29,277 nucleotides of DNA from Candidatus Methylomirabilota bacterium (GCA_046726415.1 JBKPAK010000084.1:1-29277), one strand, 5' to 3'; numbered from the stretch's first letter, positions 1 to 9,436 are shown. Program-made: numbers and translations. Notes: generated from the sequence alone by a model not told the origin.

Positions 1-1412
1 GCGGCCGGACACGGCACGATGCCGCCCGTGATTCCCAGGGTGAACAGCTCGCGCAAGGTGGCCGGGGAGGCGTGGTGGTGATGGCCGTGCTCACCCCGAT
101 GTTCGCCGGCGTGGTGATGGTCGAGATCAGATGCATGGCCGTCCGTAGGGTTGAGGTCATGCCCCCGAGCGCGGTCGTGCGAGTCGCCGTGATCATGCGC
201 GTGGCCGTGTGGATGTGGGTGGTCATGGCTGTGGCCGGGGTGGTGCCCGTCGCCTCCCGCAAAGCGCTGCAGGAAGAGCCAGGCGCCGAGTCCCGCGATG
301 GTCAGGCCAGAAACTGCGCCCAACCACGGATAGAGACGCTCCGGAACCATGTACCGCGAGGCATAGAGCGTCACGAGCCCGAGGAGAAAGACCCCGGCGG
401 TGTGCGAAGCCGTGACCACGAATCCCAGGAGCACCGCATGCCACGCCGTCCCTCGCCCTCCCACGAGATAGGCGGCCACGATTGTCTTACCGTGCCCCGG
501 CTCGAGGGCGTGCGCGGCCCCCACGCCGAGCGCGGTGACGACGGCGAGCAGGATCACTCCGAGGCTCAGCTCGCGCGGCGTCACGAGTTGCGTGAAGCTC
601 GAGCGCGGCGTGGCATTCGCGATGGGCCTGGCGAGCACCGGCGAGGCGTCCCTCTCGCCGATCGGCTCCCGCTTCGGCAATGCGACCACCTTCTCGCCGA
701 TCGGCCCCCGCTCCACCGGCGCGGCGTCCGCGGCCACCCGCGCCGGCGCAACCGGCGGTGGCGAAGCGGATACCGCCGCCACCTTGGGCCCCGGAGTCAC
801 CGCGAATAGAACGCGCGCCTCGATGTCTTGGGGCGGGCTGTTGAGGAGATCTTCGGGATAGTCGCTCAGAGCGCGGCTGCGATCCTGCTCGGGGACAGAG
901 CTGGCGGTGAGGCTCGCTCCGGCTCCGGCCACGGCGACGATTTCCTTCCAGCCGGCCCGGTCGGAGAAGTTTGCGTCACGGTACCGCAACTCGCCGAGCG
1001 GGCGGGCCGCCATCGCCTCGAGGTCGACCCAATAGACCGCGCGCAGGCGCAACGTGGGCAAATCCCCGGCCCCCGCTGGAAAGAGCACGCCGCTGGAGGC
1101 TGTTTGCAGAAGGCGCCGGGACCCGTTGACCTCTAGATGGAGGCCTTCCCGGAGGCTCTCGGTGGCGCCGCGCAGGTATGGGCGCACCGACGGATGCTCC
1201 GGATCGGGAACGAGGCCGTGTGCCTGGATTTCCTGGAAGGCCGGAATCTCCGCCATGTCGATGACGTACGTGATCTCGATGCGCTCGGCATTGATGCGCA
1301 GTCCCGCGTAGCGGTTGATGGAGAAATTCCCCAGCGGATGTGCCTCGAGCGAGGGCGGGACGAGGACGCCAAGCGCGAGCGCGACGACGGGCACGAGGCG
1401 CACGACGTTCAT
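1..1412 (-). CDS. Ni/Co transporter, RcnA/HoxN(NiCoT)-like, with N-terminal periplasmic domain and His-rich loop; partial, runs off left edge
   Basis: Manual translation (not in ORF track): ATG at 1412 overlaps the TPR stop (ATGA). MNVVRLVPVVALALGVLVPPSLEA-HPLGNFSINRY...YVIDMAEIPAFQE...; membrane part has HALEPGHGKTIVAAYLVG and TASHTAG motifs, then His-rich GHHPGHSHDHPHPHGHAHDHG and LGITGGIVPCPA. Confidence 0.9.
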   Translation of the reverse strand, partial: MNVVRLVPVVALALGVLVPPSLEAHPLGNFSINRYAGLRINAERIEITYVIDMAEIPAFQEIQAHGLVPDPEHPSVRPYLRGATESLREGLHLEVNGSRRLLQTASSGVLFPAGAGDLPTLRLRAVYWVDLEAMAARPLGELRYRDANFSDRAGWKEIVAVAGAGASLTASSVPEQDRSRALSDYPEDLLNSPPQDIEARVLFAVTPGPKVAAVSASPPPVAPARVAADAAPVERGPIGEKVVALPKREPIGERDASPVLARPIANATPRSSFTQLVTPRELSLGVILLAVVTALGVGAAHALEPGHGKTIVAAYLVGGRGTAWHAVLLGFVVTASHTAGVFLLGLVTLYASRYMVPERLYPWLGAVSGLTIAGLGAWLFLQRFAGGDGHHPGHSHDHPHPHGHAHDHGDSHDRARGHDLNPTDGHASDLDHHHAGEHRGEHGHHHHASPATLRELFTLGITGGIVPCPA

Positions 1413-2680
1413 GGCCGAGGAGGGTCGAGGCGACCGAGCATCTGCTCCGCCTGGGGCGCCTGGAGAAGATCGAAGTGAGGGTTGAGAGCGACCGCCCGCC
1501 GGAGGTACGTCCGCGCGGCGTCGGTTTCGCCAAGCGCCGCATGGATCATCCCGGCATGGTAGAAGAGCCGGGCGTCTTGGGTGCGCAACCGCAGGGCCGC
1601 CTCGATGGAAGCGCGCGCTTCCCCGTGCCGGCCTCGCTTGTGAAGAATCCACGCCAGCACATCGTGCGCGTAGATGTCTTGCCTCGCCTCCAGCTCGGCG
1701 CGGGCCAAGGCGACCGCCTCGTCGAGCTTCAGGTCGTGATTTGCGTAGAACAGGGCGAGCTCACGGCTGTACAGGACCTTGTTCAGGCGGTCGAGCCGGC
1801 CAACGTACTCCACGAGGGCGTACTGCCGGGAGGCTTCCTGGGGCCGGCCGAGCAGCGCGTACAGGTCGCCCAGGGCGGCTGCCGTTTCGGGAAGGGGGAT
1901 CACGGCCAGCGACCGCCGGTAGAGCTCGATCGCCGCCTCGAACTGCTTCTGGGCGGCGCGGACCTGAGCGAGGCCGGCGGTGGCGCGATAGTAATCGGGC
2001 AAGGTCGTCAGGGCGCGTGCATAGCTAGCCTCGGCGCTCGTCAGGTCGCCGACGGCAAAGTATTCGTTGCCGAGTTGCCACTGGGCCCAGGCCACGCTCT
2101 CGCGGGGCCGTCCAGCCATCTGTCCCTCCGCGATGGCGCGCGTGAGATCGTCGATGGCGCCTTTCGGGTCGCCCAGGACACTGCGCAGGCCGGCGCGACG
2201 GCCGAGGGCATGCAGATCCTCGCTCAGCGCCAGCATCCGCTCGTACGCCCGCTTCGCCTCGTCGTAGCGTCCGACCTCGAGGAACGCGTCTCCGAGCACG
2301 CCCCAGGCATGCGCGTCCCGCTCGTTGATGGCGAGGGCTCGCTGGGCCTCGCGAGCCGCGCCCGCAAAGTCGTGGCGCGAATAGAGCACGAAGGCGAGAT
2401 GCCGCGCGGCGTCGGCATACTGCGGTTCGATGGCGAGCGCCCGCTGCAGGGCCTCCTCGGCGCGCTCGAAATAGGCCGCGTCGCCACTGGCGCGCGCCTT
2501 CTGCACATACGCGTCGCCGAGCCGAAAGTACGCGCGCCCGTCGCGGGGGTTGCGCCGAAGCATCCGCTGGTAAAGGCCGATGGCGCCGTCCGGAGTGGGT
2601 TCTTGTGCGAGGACGAGCGCCGTAGGGCCGACCAGAGGACTCAGAGCCAACAGCACCACTATCGTGTGCCAAGCCTGCAT
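1409..2680 (-). CDS. Secreted tetratricopeptide-repeat protein
   Basis: Signal peptide (MQAWHTIVVLLALSPLVGPTALVLA) and multiple TPR-like repeats (AYFRLGDAY, AWGVLGDAFLEVGRYDEA, ARLFYHAGMI); GGAGG RBS before ATG 2680. Confidence 0.9.
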   Translation of the reverse strand: MQAWHTIVVLLALSPLVGPTALVLAQEPTPDGAIGLYQRMLRRNPRDGRAYFRLGDAYVQKARASGDAAYFERAEEALQRALAIEPQYADAARHLAFVLYSRHDFAGAAREAQRALAINERDAHAWGVLGDAFLEVGRYDEAKRAYERMLALSEDLHALGRRAGLRSVLGDPKGAIDDLTRAIAEGQMAGRPRESVAWAQWQLGNEYFAVGDLTSAEASYARALTTLPDYYRATAGLAQVRAAQKQFEAAIELYRRSLAVIPLPETAAALGDLYALLGRPQEASRQYALVEYVGRLDRLNKVLYSRELALFYANHDLKLDEAVALARAELEARQDIYAHDVLAWILHKRGRHGEARASIEAALRLRTQDARLFYHAGMIHAALGETDAARTYLRRAVALNPHFDLLQAPQAEQMLGRLDPPRP

Positions 2681-2697
2681 CGCGGCTCCTCCGTGGG

Positions 2698-2727
2698 TCA
2701 CCCGGGCGAGGTGTCCCGCCCGGGTGA
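2698..2727 (-). other. Intergenic 11-bp stem hairpin (mRNA stabiliser or partial terminator)
   Basis: TCACCCGGGCG (2698-2708) pairs with CGCCCGGGTGA (2717-2727) just downstream of the DUF4331 stop; no U-tract. Confidence 0.5.
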
Positions 2728-2739
2728 TGGTGGGTAACC

Positions 2740-4257
2740 CTACCGGAACAGCGGCTGGTTCGGAGGAGTCGTACCGGGGGCCGGCGGCGGACCGCTGCGT
2801 CCCGGATTCGGCAGCGGCAGGAAGGGGAACTGTAGAGCGATGCCGTTGGGTGTCACCGCCGGCGTCTCGGGGCGCACGCGGTTGAAATTCACGCCGTCGC
2901 CCAGACGGTTGTTGGGGGAGCCGGAGCAGCAGCCACTCAAATTCAGGATGCCCGAAACCACGCGGAGCGCGATATCGGTCACGTCATCGTTGGGCCGGCG
3001 GCCGTTGGGCCAGCCGGCGGGATCAGCGGTCGAAGCGCCACTCGCATTGTGGGCGATCACGGTGAGACGCTTCTGGCTGGCCGCCGCCGTCGCCGGAACG
3101 GACATATCCAGACGCAGTAATTCCGAACGGATCCCTCCGCTCGCGTACTGCAGCAGGACACTCACCAGGTCGTTGCGCGGCGTCGCGGGGATCGGCACCC
3201 CGATGGCGTTCAAGAGCGAGGCCAGCCGCGGCGTCGTGTAGAAGTCGCTGAAGAGCACTTCATCCTCCGGCGCCGTGGCATTCCAGAAATCCTTGAAGCC
3301 GGTGCCGATGATCAGCTCGTTGACGAGCGGATTGCCCATGCGGGCCACCTGGGTCCACGGTCCCTCACCGCGGCGAGAGCCGTCTGCCTCAATCACGAGC
3401 GCTCGTGGGCGCTTCGTCGAGGCGTACATTCCCAACACCGGCTGCGGTGCGAGCGCGATCGGGACCTCGATGGCAATGGTGTTGATGTTGAGGCCTTCGA
3501 AGCCGTCGTCGATGCCAAAGGCATTGGCGGCGTCGTTGGCGTCCTGCGCGTCCGTGAGCACCGGCGGCGAGGCTCGGAAGTTCAGGGTGTCGAAGGTGGA
3601 GCCGAGGTCGATGTAGAACGTCTCCTCGCGCTGCCCGGCGAAGACCCGAATGCCCGAGCCAAGATCGTAAATACCCTGGCTGGCCAGGGCCGCGTAGTTG
3701 GGCATCGTTCGGGGTCCGACGTTGGACGGCACCGCAAAGAGCGGCTTGCCGCTCACGTCAGTCTGAACAACCCCTAGCTCCTGGCCGTCTCGGACGAAGC
3801 GCACCGAGTACCGCTGACGAAGGCCGAGCCCGGCCGAGCCCGGCCCATCGAGGGACGTGATGGCGGGGGGAAGCCCCGGCACGGGATCGACGCCCCCGTA
3901 CGAGATCGGGAGGTCGTCGAATGGCGAGCGGATTTCGGTAGTGAATCGGAACTCGATGAAGGCGTCGTCTGGCCGGCCGTCGCCGTTCAGGTCGAAGTGG
4001 AAGGTGTAGAGGACGTTGTCGTCGAAGTTGAAGAAGTTTGGCCCGGAGGCCGGGACCTGGCTGGGAATGACGTTCATGATGAAGACGACCTTGCTGCCGT
4101 CTTCCCAGCTCCTAAAGGCGTAGACATCGGTGATGTCTGCCGCGGGGTCGAGGGCGATCAGGGGAGCTTCCCGGTGGCTGGCCCCCCATGCCATAGGGGG
4201 CCACGGTAACCCGATGAGCACCACTAGTACTGCCGCGAGCACGCGAGATGCCTTCAT
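2740..4257 (-). CDS. DUF4331 family secreted protein
   Basis: Signal peptide followed by ASHREAP, DITDVYAF, QVARMGNPLVNE and GWPNGRRPNDDVTD motifs typical of DUF4331; GGGAGGG RBS. Confidence 0.9.
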   Translation of the reverse strand: MKASRVLAAVLVVLIGLPWPPMAWGASHREAPLIALDPAADITDVYAFRSWEDGSKVVFIMNVIPSQVPASGPNFFNFDDNVLYTFHFDLNGDGRPDDAFIEFRFTTEIRSPFDDLPISYGGVDPVPGLPPAITSLDGPGSAGLGLRQRYSVRFVRDGQELGVVQTDVSGKPLFAVPSNVGPRTMPNYAALASQGIYDLGSGIRVFAGQREETFYIDLGSTFDTLNFRASPPVLTDAQDANDAANAFGIDDGFEGLNINTIAIEVPIALAPQPVLGMYASTKRPRALVIEADGSRRGEGPWTQVARMGNPLVNELIIGTGFKDFWNATAPEDEVLFSDFYTTPRLASLLNAIGVPIPATPRNDLVSVLLQYASGGIRSELLRLDMSVPATAAASQKRLTVIAHNASGASTADPAGWPNGRRPNDDVTDIALRVVSGILNLSGCCSGSPNNRLGDGVNFNRVRPETPAVTPNGIALQFPFLPLPNPGRSGPPPAPGTTPPNQPLFR

Positions 4258-4368
4258 GCTCCCCTCCCCGCTCGAGTCGATGCATGTCGGGGCGGCCGGT
4301 CCGCCTCGCTATCAGCACATACGTGCGCGCCCCGCGGGTTGGATGTTTGGAAACTACACGCGCATCGA

Positions 4369-4630
4369 TCAGCCTCCCTCTGGTCGCCGGATCACCGTGT
4401 AGCCCCGCTTCTCCATGCACTTGTTGAGTGCCTCCCGGTCGGGACCGGTCAGCGAAGGATACGCGAAGGTGCCGGTGGGTCGGGCGATCTGGCGGCATTG
4501 GGTGAGGTCACGATCGAGCTGGCCTGCCGTCACCCGAGGCTTGTCGTAGGTCCACTCCTCCCCGGAGCGGCATCCGACGAGCACCCCGAGGAGGACTACA
4601 ATGATCGCCGCGCCCCGAATTGCCCGGATG
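4369..4630 (-). CDS. Small lipoprotein (start uncertain)
   Basis: Hydrophobic stretch with lipobox-like LVGC, then WTYDKP...DLTQC...CMEKRGY, the pattern of small two-Cys lipoproteins. No clear canonical start codon in frame. Confidence 0.55.
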
Positions 4631-4689
4631 GCCGCGCGGCAAGCTGCGCAGACTGCCGCGCGGCGAATTACGCAGAGGAGGACGGCGCC

Positions 4690-5037
4690 ATGTCCCCAAC
4701 GATCTTCTACGGTCGCGAGGGCTGACCCTCCTGCACCGCCGCGAGAGAGTTTCTCTCGCAGCGCGGCGTCGCCTTCGAAACCATCTCGGGCCAGGGCGCT
4801 CGGCTCGAGCGGGCCGCCGCCCTGCACTTGGCCATGCGGAGCCGGCGCCTGCTCGTGAAGACGCGTGAGGGAACGGTGCGGGCAGACGTGACGGAGCGGC
4901 GCCTCAGCGATGCGGAACTGGCTTCGTATCTCGTCCATCAGGATGGCTTTCTCAACGTCCCGGTATTGGTGCTCGGCGATCTGCTCGTGCGCGGGTATAC
5001 GCCGGAACTCTATCACGAGGCGTTGACCGGAGGGTGA
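4690..5037 (+). CDS. ArsC/Spx-like thioredoxin-fold selenoprotein, UxxC (UPSC), in-frame UGA at 4723-4725
   Basis: GAGGAGG RBS, ATG 4690. MSPTIFYGREG-U-PSCTAAREFLSQRGVAFE...LVHQDGFLNVPVLVLGDLLVRGYTPELYHEALTGG (115 aa); frame continues past UGA into the 4828..5037 ORF; hairpin 15 nt after UGA. Confidence 0.85.
4741..4759 (+). promoter_or_regulatory. Putative bacterial SECIS element
   Basis: GCGAGAGA-GTT-TCTCTCGC: 8-bp stem with G-containing apical loop, starting 15 nt after UGA. Confidence 0.75.
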
Positions 5038-5098
5038 GGACCAGGCCTCCAAGGGGCCCGTCTCCATCGCCGTTGGGGATCCGCATATCATAGGCACC

Positions 5099-5761
5099 AT
5101 GGCGTTTACCGACGAGCTGTGGGGTTCCATCACCGGCATCTACGCCGCCATCGTGAAGCACCCGTTCGTGCGCGGTCTCACCGACGGCTCTCTGCCGCGG
5201 GAGGCCTTCCGCTTCTACGCCGTGCAGGATGCGCTCTACCTGCGCGACTTTGCACGGTCGCTGGCGCTGGCCGGCGCCCGGGCGCCACGCGACGAGTGGA
5301 TCATCATGTTCAACGAGCATGCGGCGGAGACGCTCCGCGTCGAGCGAGTACTCCACGAGAGCTTCTTCGCCGAGTGGGGCCTCACGCCGGGCGATGTGAT
5401 GGAGACGCCGCTGGCCCCCACGAATCTGGCCTATACGAGCTACCTGCTCGCGGTGGCGCACGCCGCTCCCTTTCACGAGGGATTGGCCGCCCTCCTGCCC
5501 TGTTACTGGATCTACTGGGAAGTGGGTAAGGAGCTGGAGCGCGTCGGATCCCCCGAGGCGCTCTACACTCGCTGGATCGGAACCTACGCCTCGGAGGAGT
5601 TCGGCGGCCTGGTGCGGGCAGTGCTGGACGTAGCCAACGAGACGGCGGCGTCCCTCACCCAGGCCCAGCGCGATGCCATGCGCCGCCACTTCGTCACCAC
5701 GAGCCGCTACGAGTGGATGTTCTGGGACATGGGTTGGCGGCGCGAGGGCTGGCCTGTATGA
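5099..5761 (+). CDS. tenA: Thiaminase II / aminopyrimidine aminohydrolase TenA
   Basis: HPFV..L.DGSL, FRFYAVQDALYL, LLPCYWIY (catalytic Cys), Y.RWIGTY, EWMFWDM motifs. Confidence 0.93.
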   Translation: MAFTDELWGSITGIYAAIVKHPFVRGLTDGSLPREAFRFYAVQDALYLRDFARSLALAGARAPRDEWIIMFNEHAAETLRVERVLHESFFAEWGLTPGDVMETPLAPTNLAYTSYLLAVAHAAPFHEGLAALLPCYWIYWEVGKELERVGSPEALYTRWIGTYASEEFGGLVRAVLDVANETAASLTQAQRDAMRRHFVTTSRYEWMFWDMGWRREGWPV

Positions 5762-6010
5762 CGACGCCCTTGGCCGATGCAGCCGGGGAAGCGCCGCACA
5801 AACTCGGTCAGCGACTGGAATTCGAGGAGTTGCTCTCCGCGCTGTCCCGTGCCTTCGTGGCCGTGGTTTCGGCGGACGTCGACGACGCGGAGATCAAGCG
5901 CTAGGCTCCGCCGCCTCGTCGAGTTTCTCGGCGTTGATCGCTCGGGAATCGCGCAGATGTCGACGGGCGCGCGTTGCACACGACGCACTCCTACGCGGTC
6001 GAGGGCATCC
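5758..6010 (+). pseudogene. Degenerate N-terminal fragment of a GAF/PAS sensor or FhlA-like regulator
   Basis: RLEFEELLSALSRAFVAV...DVD.EI, then in shifted frames LRRLVEFLGVDRS and HTTHSYAVEG; broken by stop and frameshifts. Confidence 0.5.
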
Positions 6011-6019
6011 CTCATGGCC

Positions 6020-6400
6020 GTCCGTCAGTCTCTCTCGCGCTGATCAGATCGGTCGAGCTGGACGTCGAGACCTTTTCTACCCCAGCCGCGTTCCTCGCCC
6101 ACCGCCGGCCGACCGACCCGCGTGCGTCGTGCTCGACATCCGGATGCGATCCCCGCATCTGCCGGTGCTCCGCTCCACCGAGCCTCTGGCCCGCCCAGTG
6201 CCTTCGTGGGCGGCGCGCCGAAGGGCCTCCATCCATAGGCCAAAAGTCGTATAGCCCCCTTCCCAAGATCCGATTTACGGTCACCCGCAACGCGGATTGA
6301 ATGCATCCGGAGATGAACCCCTCCGGACCTACGGAATTCGAGGAAGGCGTGGTGTACGTCGACGACGATCTCTCGGTGCGCCGGTGCCGTCGCCTATCTG
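6020..6400 (+). pseudogene. Fragments of FixJ/TodT-like response regulator receiver domain(s)
   Basis: LIRSVELDVETFSTPAAFL and ACVVLDIRM in different frames (~6040-6150); separate VVYVDDDLSVRR (~6350-6390). Confidence 0.5.
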
Positions 6401-6508
6401 TCCAAGCCATTCGACGAGCGCTCACTTCTCGAGGCGATTCGACAATCGTTGAGTGGCGCCTCGAACCGGGGGCCGGGCTGACCTCGGGTTCGAAATGCCA
6501 GGCATGAC

Positions 6509-7612
6509 GTGGTCATGGGAGGTTGCATGGACCAGCGGCGTACGTCCGATCATGGAAGGTCGACACCAGTGAACGGAAAGCCCGTGGTCGAGCTCGATGG
6601 CGTTCGCTCTCTGGGGGAACGGCTCGGGGTAGACGACGGCGATCTGGGGCCACCCGACGAGCGGGACGACGACTCCGACAGGATCATCGGGAACAGCGAT
6701 GCCCTGAAGTCCGTCCTCTTTCGCGTCGACCAAGTGGCGCTGACCAACGCCACCGTACTCCTTCTCGGGGAGACCGGAACCGGCAAGAACCAGCTGGCCA
6801 GCCTCATCCACCGGCGGAGCCCGAGGGCGCACCGCCCGTTCCTCATCGTCAACTGCGCGGCACTGCCGACGAGCCTCATCGAGAGCGAGCTGTTCGGCCA
6901 CGAGCGTGGCGCGTTCACAGGCGCCCACGGCACGCGCCTCGGCCGCTTCGAGCTGGCCGACGGGGGCACGCTCTTCCTCGACGAGATCGGCGACTTGCCG
7001 CTCGAGCTGCAGCCCAAGTTGCTGCGGGTGCTGCAACACGGGAACCTGGAGCGACTGGGCTCTTCGCGGACGATCACGGTGGACGTCCGGGTCGTGGCGG
7101 CCACCAACCGAGACCTGGACGAGGCGGTGAGGGTGGGAAGCTTCCGGCAGGATCTCTACTACCGGGTGAACGTGTTTCCCATCTCACTCCCCGCTCTCCG
7201 ACAGCGATCGGAGGATATTCCGCTGCTCGCCCGGCATCTCGTGGCGCGGCTCGGGGAGAGGCTTGGGCGTCGCATCATGGCGATACCGCCGGAGATGATC
7301 CAGGCTCTGCAGGAGTACGACTGGCCGGGCAACGTGCGGGAGCTCGAGAACGTCCTCGAACGGGCCGTCATCCTCAGTGGGGGGCCGATGCTGCGCCTGA
7401 CCGAGCCCCTCTCGGCGGGTCGGGCGCGCTCGTGCACCTGCGGGACGACCGGATCGCTGCGCGACGTCGAGCGCGCGCACATTCTCCGCGTCCTCGAGCG
7501 CACCGCCTGGAGGATCGAAGGCGACCGCGGGGCCGCCGCTACCCTTGGCCTCAAGGCCAGCACCCTGCGGAGCCGTATGCGGAAGCTCGGCATCGCGCGG
7601 GGATCGACGTAG
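6509..7612 (+). CDS. Sigma-54 dependent enhancer-binding protein (FhlA/HyfR-like AAA+ plus Fis HTH), no N-terminal sensor domain
   Basis: Walker [24 protein letters not shown], Walker [27 protein letters not shown]-terminal [20 protein letters not shown]. Exact start uncertain (6509/6527/6569). Confidence 0.93.
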   Translation: MVMGGCMDQRRTSDHGRSTPVNGKPVVELDGVRSLGERLGVDDGDLGPPDERDDDSDRIIGNSDALKSVLFRVDQVALTNATVLLLGETGTGKNQLASLIHRRSPRAHRPFLIVNCAALPTSLIESELFGHERGAFTGAHGTRLGRFELADGGTLFLDEIGDLPLELQPKLLRVLQHGNLERLGSSRTITVDVRVVAATNRDLDEAVRVGSFRQDLYYRVNVFPISLPALRQRSEDIPLLARHLVARLGERLGRRIMAIPPEMIQALQEYDWPGNVRELENVLERAVILSGGPMLRLTEPLSAGRARSCTCGTTGSLRDVERAHILRVLERTAWRIEGDRGAAATLGLKASTLRSRMRKLGIARGST

Positions 7613-7627
7613 ACGGTCACTGGCCCA

Positions 7628-7999
7628 TCATGGAGCGGGAGGTGAATTCGCCCGGGAGCGACGCAGGAGGTCCTCCGCCCCGGTTCTCCGCGACACCACG
7701 TCGAGGGTGAGGTGGGGAGCTTCGGTTAGGAGAAAGGCCATACCCATCAGGACGGAGAAATCGTCAGACCGAAGATACGCGTCAAGACTCTCTTGGGTCG
7801 ACCATTCTGCGACGACCGCGAAGGCGTTCGGGTCCTCGCCGTCGATATAGAGCTGGCTCATCCGGCAGCCGATGCGGTCACGCGCTCGACTCGTCAGAGC
7901 CGTCACGGTCTGAACGAACTCCCGACGCTTCTCGGTCCGCGCTTTCATCCTTACCGTCACCACGCGGATGTCCGTCCGGGCGCGGGGCCTCATCGCCAT
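7628..7999 (-). CDS. Antibiotic biosynthesis monooxygenase (ABM) domain protein
   Basis: KRREFVQT...GC....LY.D.EDPNAF.VV.EW...ESLDAYLRSDDF pattern. Confidence 0.75.
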   Translation of the reverse strand: MAMRPRARTDIRVVTVRMKARTEKRREFVQTVTALTSRARDRIGCRMSQLYIDGEDPNAFAVVAEWSTQESLDAYLRSDDFSVLMGMAFLLTEAPHLTLDVVSRRTGAEDLLRRSRANSPPAP

Positions 8000-8019
8000 C
8001 GCTCGGTGCCTCTCGATGT

Positions 8020-8057
8020 CGAGGGCTCGGGAGCCGCCGCCGGGCCCCGAGCCCTCG
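8020..8057 (-). other. 12-bp stem hairpin downstream of the mla cluster genes
   Basis: CGAGGGCTCGGG (8020-8031) pairs with CCCGAGCCCTCG (8046-8057); no U-tract. Confidence 0.5.
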
Positions 8058-8064
8058 GCCGTGT

Positions 8065-8295
8065 CTACTGCTTCTCGACGCTGAGCTTGATGCCTTCAGC
8101 CGCGAGCTTGAGGTTGGCGCCCTGGGCCGTGCTGGTCAGCTCGACGAGGACGCCGTTCTGATTCCTCATGGCCGTGGCGCCCGCGCCCCCGGCGATGGTC
8201 GCTCCTGCGCCCGCGTTGGAAAGACACCCGCTCGTGAGGATCAGGCAGATCGCGGGCGCGACAATGGCGTGCAACAGTGAAGAACGCCCAATCAT
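8065..8295 (-). CDS. Short lipoprotein-like ORF, probably a deletion chimera
   Basis: Overlaps the mlaD stop (ATGA); lipoprotein signal ILTSGC joined abruptly to AGAGATIAGGAGATAMRNQNGVLVELTSTAQG. Confidence 0.55.
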   Translation of the reverse strand: MIGRSSLLHAIVAPAICLILTSGCLSNAGAGATIAGGAGATAMRNQNGVLVELTSTAQGANLKLAAEGIKLSVEKQ

Positions 8296-9422
8296 CGCTG
8301 AACGGTGTCTCTTCCGAAGATCAGGATGTTGGGTTGCCGGTCGATCTCCTCGCTGAGCGCGCGGACGGCCCGCGCCGCCCGGGTCAGCTCTGCGACCATC
8401 TGGGCCAGCTCATAGCCAAACGGCGAGCTCTCGTCGAACACGCCGCCCACGCCACCGAGCGCTCCGTCGGCTTTTTGCAGCGTCGCCCGCGCGGCGTCCA
8501 GGGTGCCCCGGGCGGCCACGGCCAGTGGCGCAATCTGGTCGTTGAGATCGCGGACAGTGCGCTGCAGGTCCGTGACGAGGACGCGCGTGGCATCCGAGGT
8601 GGCGCCGACGTTGGTGGCCAGCGGACCGACCTGGCCATCCACGTTCTGGAGAAGCCTTTGGAGGTCGCGCGAGAGAGTGCCGATCGCCGCTCGGGCCTCG
8701 TCGAGCGTGAGCTGGGCGCTGGTCGCCATCGGTCCCACCTTCTGACTGACATCCTTGGTGAGGACCTCCACGCTCTGCATGGTGGCCGTCATAGCATTGA
8801 TCGCGCGGGTGACCTCCGGGGAGCGCACGAGGCGTTCGACGCCCTCCACCGTGGAGAGGGTCGCCGTGACGATCTGCTTGAGGGGCAGTTTCTCGAATTC
8901 CGCCAGGAGGTGCTTCAACTGATCTTGAAGGAGGGCGAGCTCGGTCGGGATGGTGGGGATTTCCGGATAGTCGGGATCGATCTTCGTCAACACTGCCGGT
9001 GAATCGGGACGCATCTCGAGCGCGACGTTGAGCTGGCCGGTGACGAAGCTCTGCGTCTGCAGCTGGGCGCGGACGCCCTGCGCGATCAGGGCGGTCACCC
9101 GCTCGAGGGTGCCTTGGCGGCTCGCGTACAACCTTCCCGGCGCGCCCTCCACGCGGTCGGGATAGAAGTCCGCGTAGACGGCCACCCGATCCTTGCCGTA
9201 GCCCAGCGCGATCCGGATGACCGAACCAACCTGGACGCCACGGGCCAGCACGGGAGCCCCGACGCTGAGCCCGGAGACGTCGTCGAAGGCCATCACGAAG
9301 GTGACCGGACGCCTGAGAAAATGGCCGCCTCCGAGGATCAGGATGGCCACCACGGCGATGGCGATGGCCCCTAGGACAAAGGCGCCGATGACCGTGGCGT
9401 ATGCGCGTTTATTGATGGGCAT
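8292..9422 (-). CDS. MlaD/MCE family protein
   Basis: N-terminal TM IGAFVLGAIAIAVVAILILG, MCE motif DVSGLSVGAPVLARGVQVGSV, RAQLQTQSFVTGQL, long helical tail; AAGGAG RBS before ATG 9422. Confidence 0.92.
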   Translation of the reverse strand: MPINKRAYATVIGAFVLGAIAIAVVAILILGGGHFLRRPVTFVMAFDDVSGLSVGAPVLARGVQVGSVIRIALGYGKDRVAVYADFYPDRVEGAPGRLYASRQGTLERVTALIAQGVRAQLQTQSFVTGQLNVALEMRPDSPAVLTKIDPDYPEIPTIPTELALLQDQLKHLLAEFEKLPLKQIVTATLSTVEGVERLVRSPEVTRAINAMTATMQSVEVLTKDVSQKVGPMATSAQLTLDEARAAIGTLSRDLQRLLQNVDGQVGPLATNVGATSDATRVLVTDLQRTVRDLNDQIAPLAVAARGTLDAARATLQKADGALGGVGGVFDESSPFGYELAQMVAELTRAARAVRALSEEIDRQPNILIFGRDTVQR

Positions 9423-9436
9423 CTCGTCCGTGCTCC

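Noticed and set aside
100-250. Repetitive GTG/ATG-rich stretch as a DNA repeat
   Set aside because: Explained by the His-rich loop encoded on the minus strand.
72-1542. ORF-track entries 72..809, 535..861, 976..1542 and similar
   Set aside because: Shadow frames of the real minus-strand transporter gene (<1..1412), which the track missed because it has no stop inside the window.
5037-5099. TPP riboswitch upstream of tenA
   Set aside because: Only ~60 bp of intergenic space and no CUGAGA / CCUGA core.
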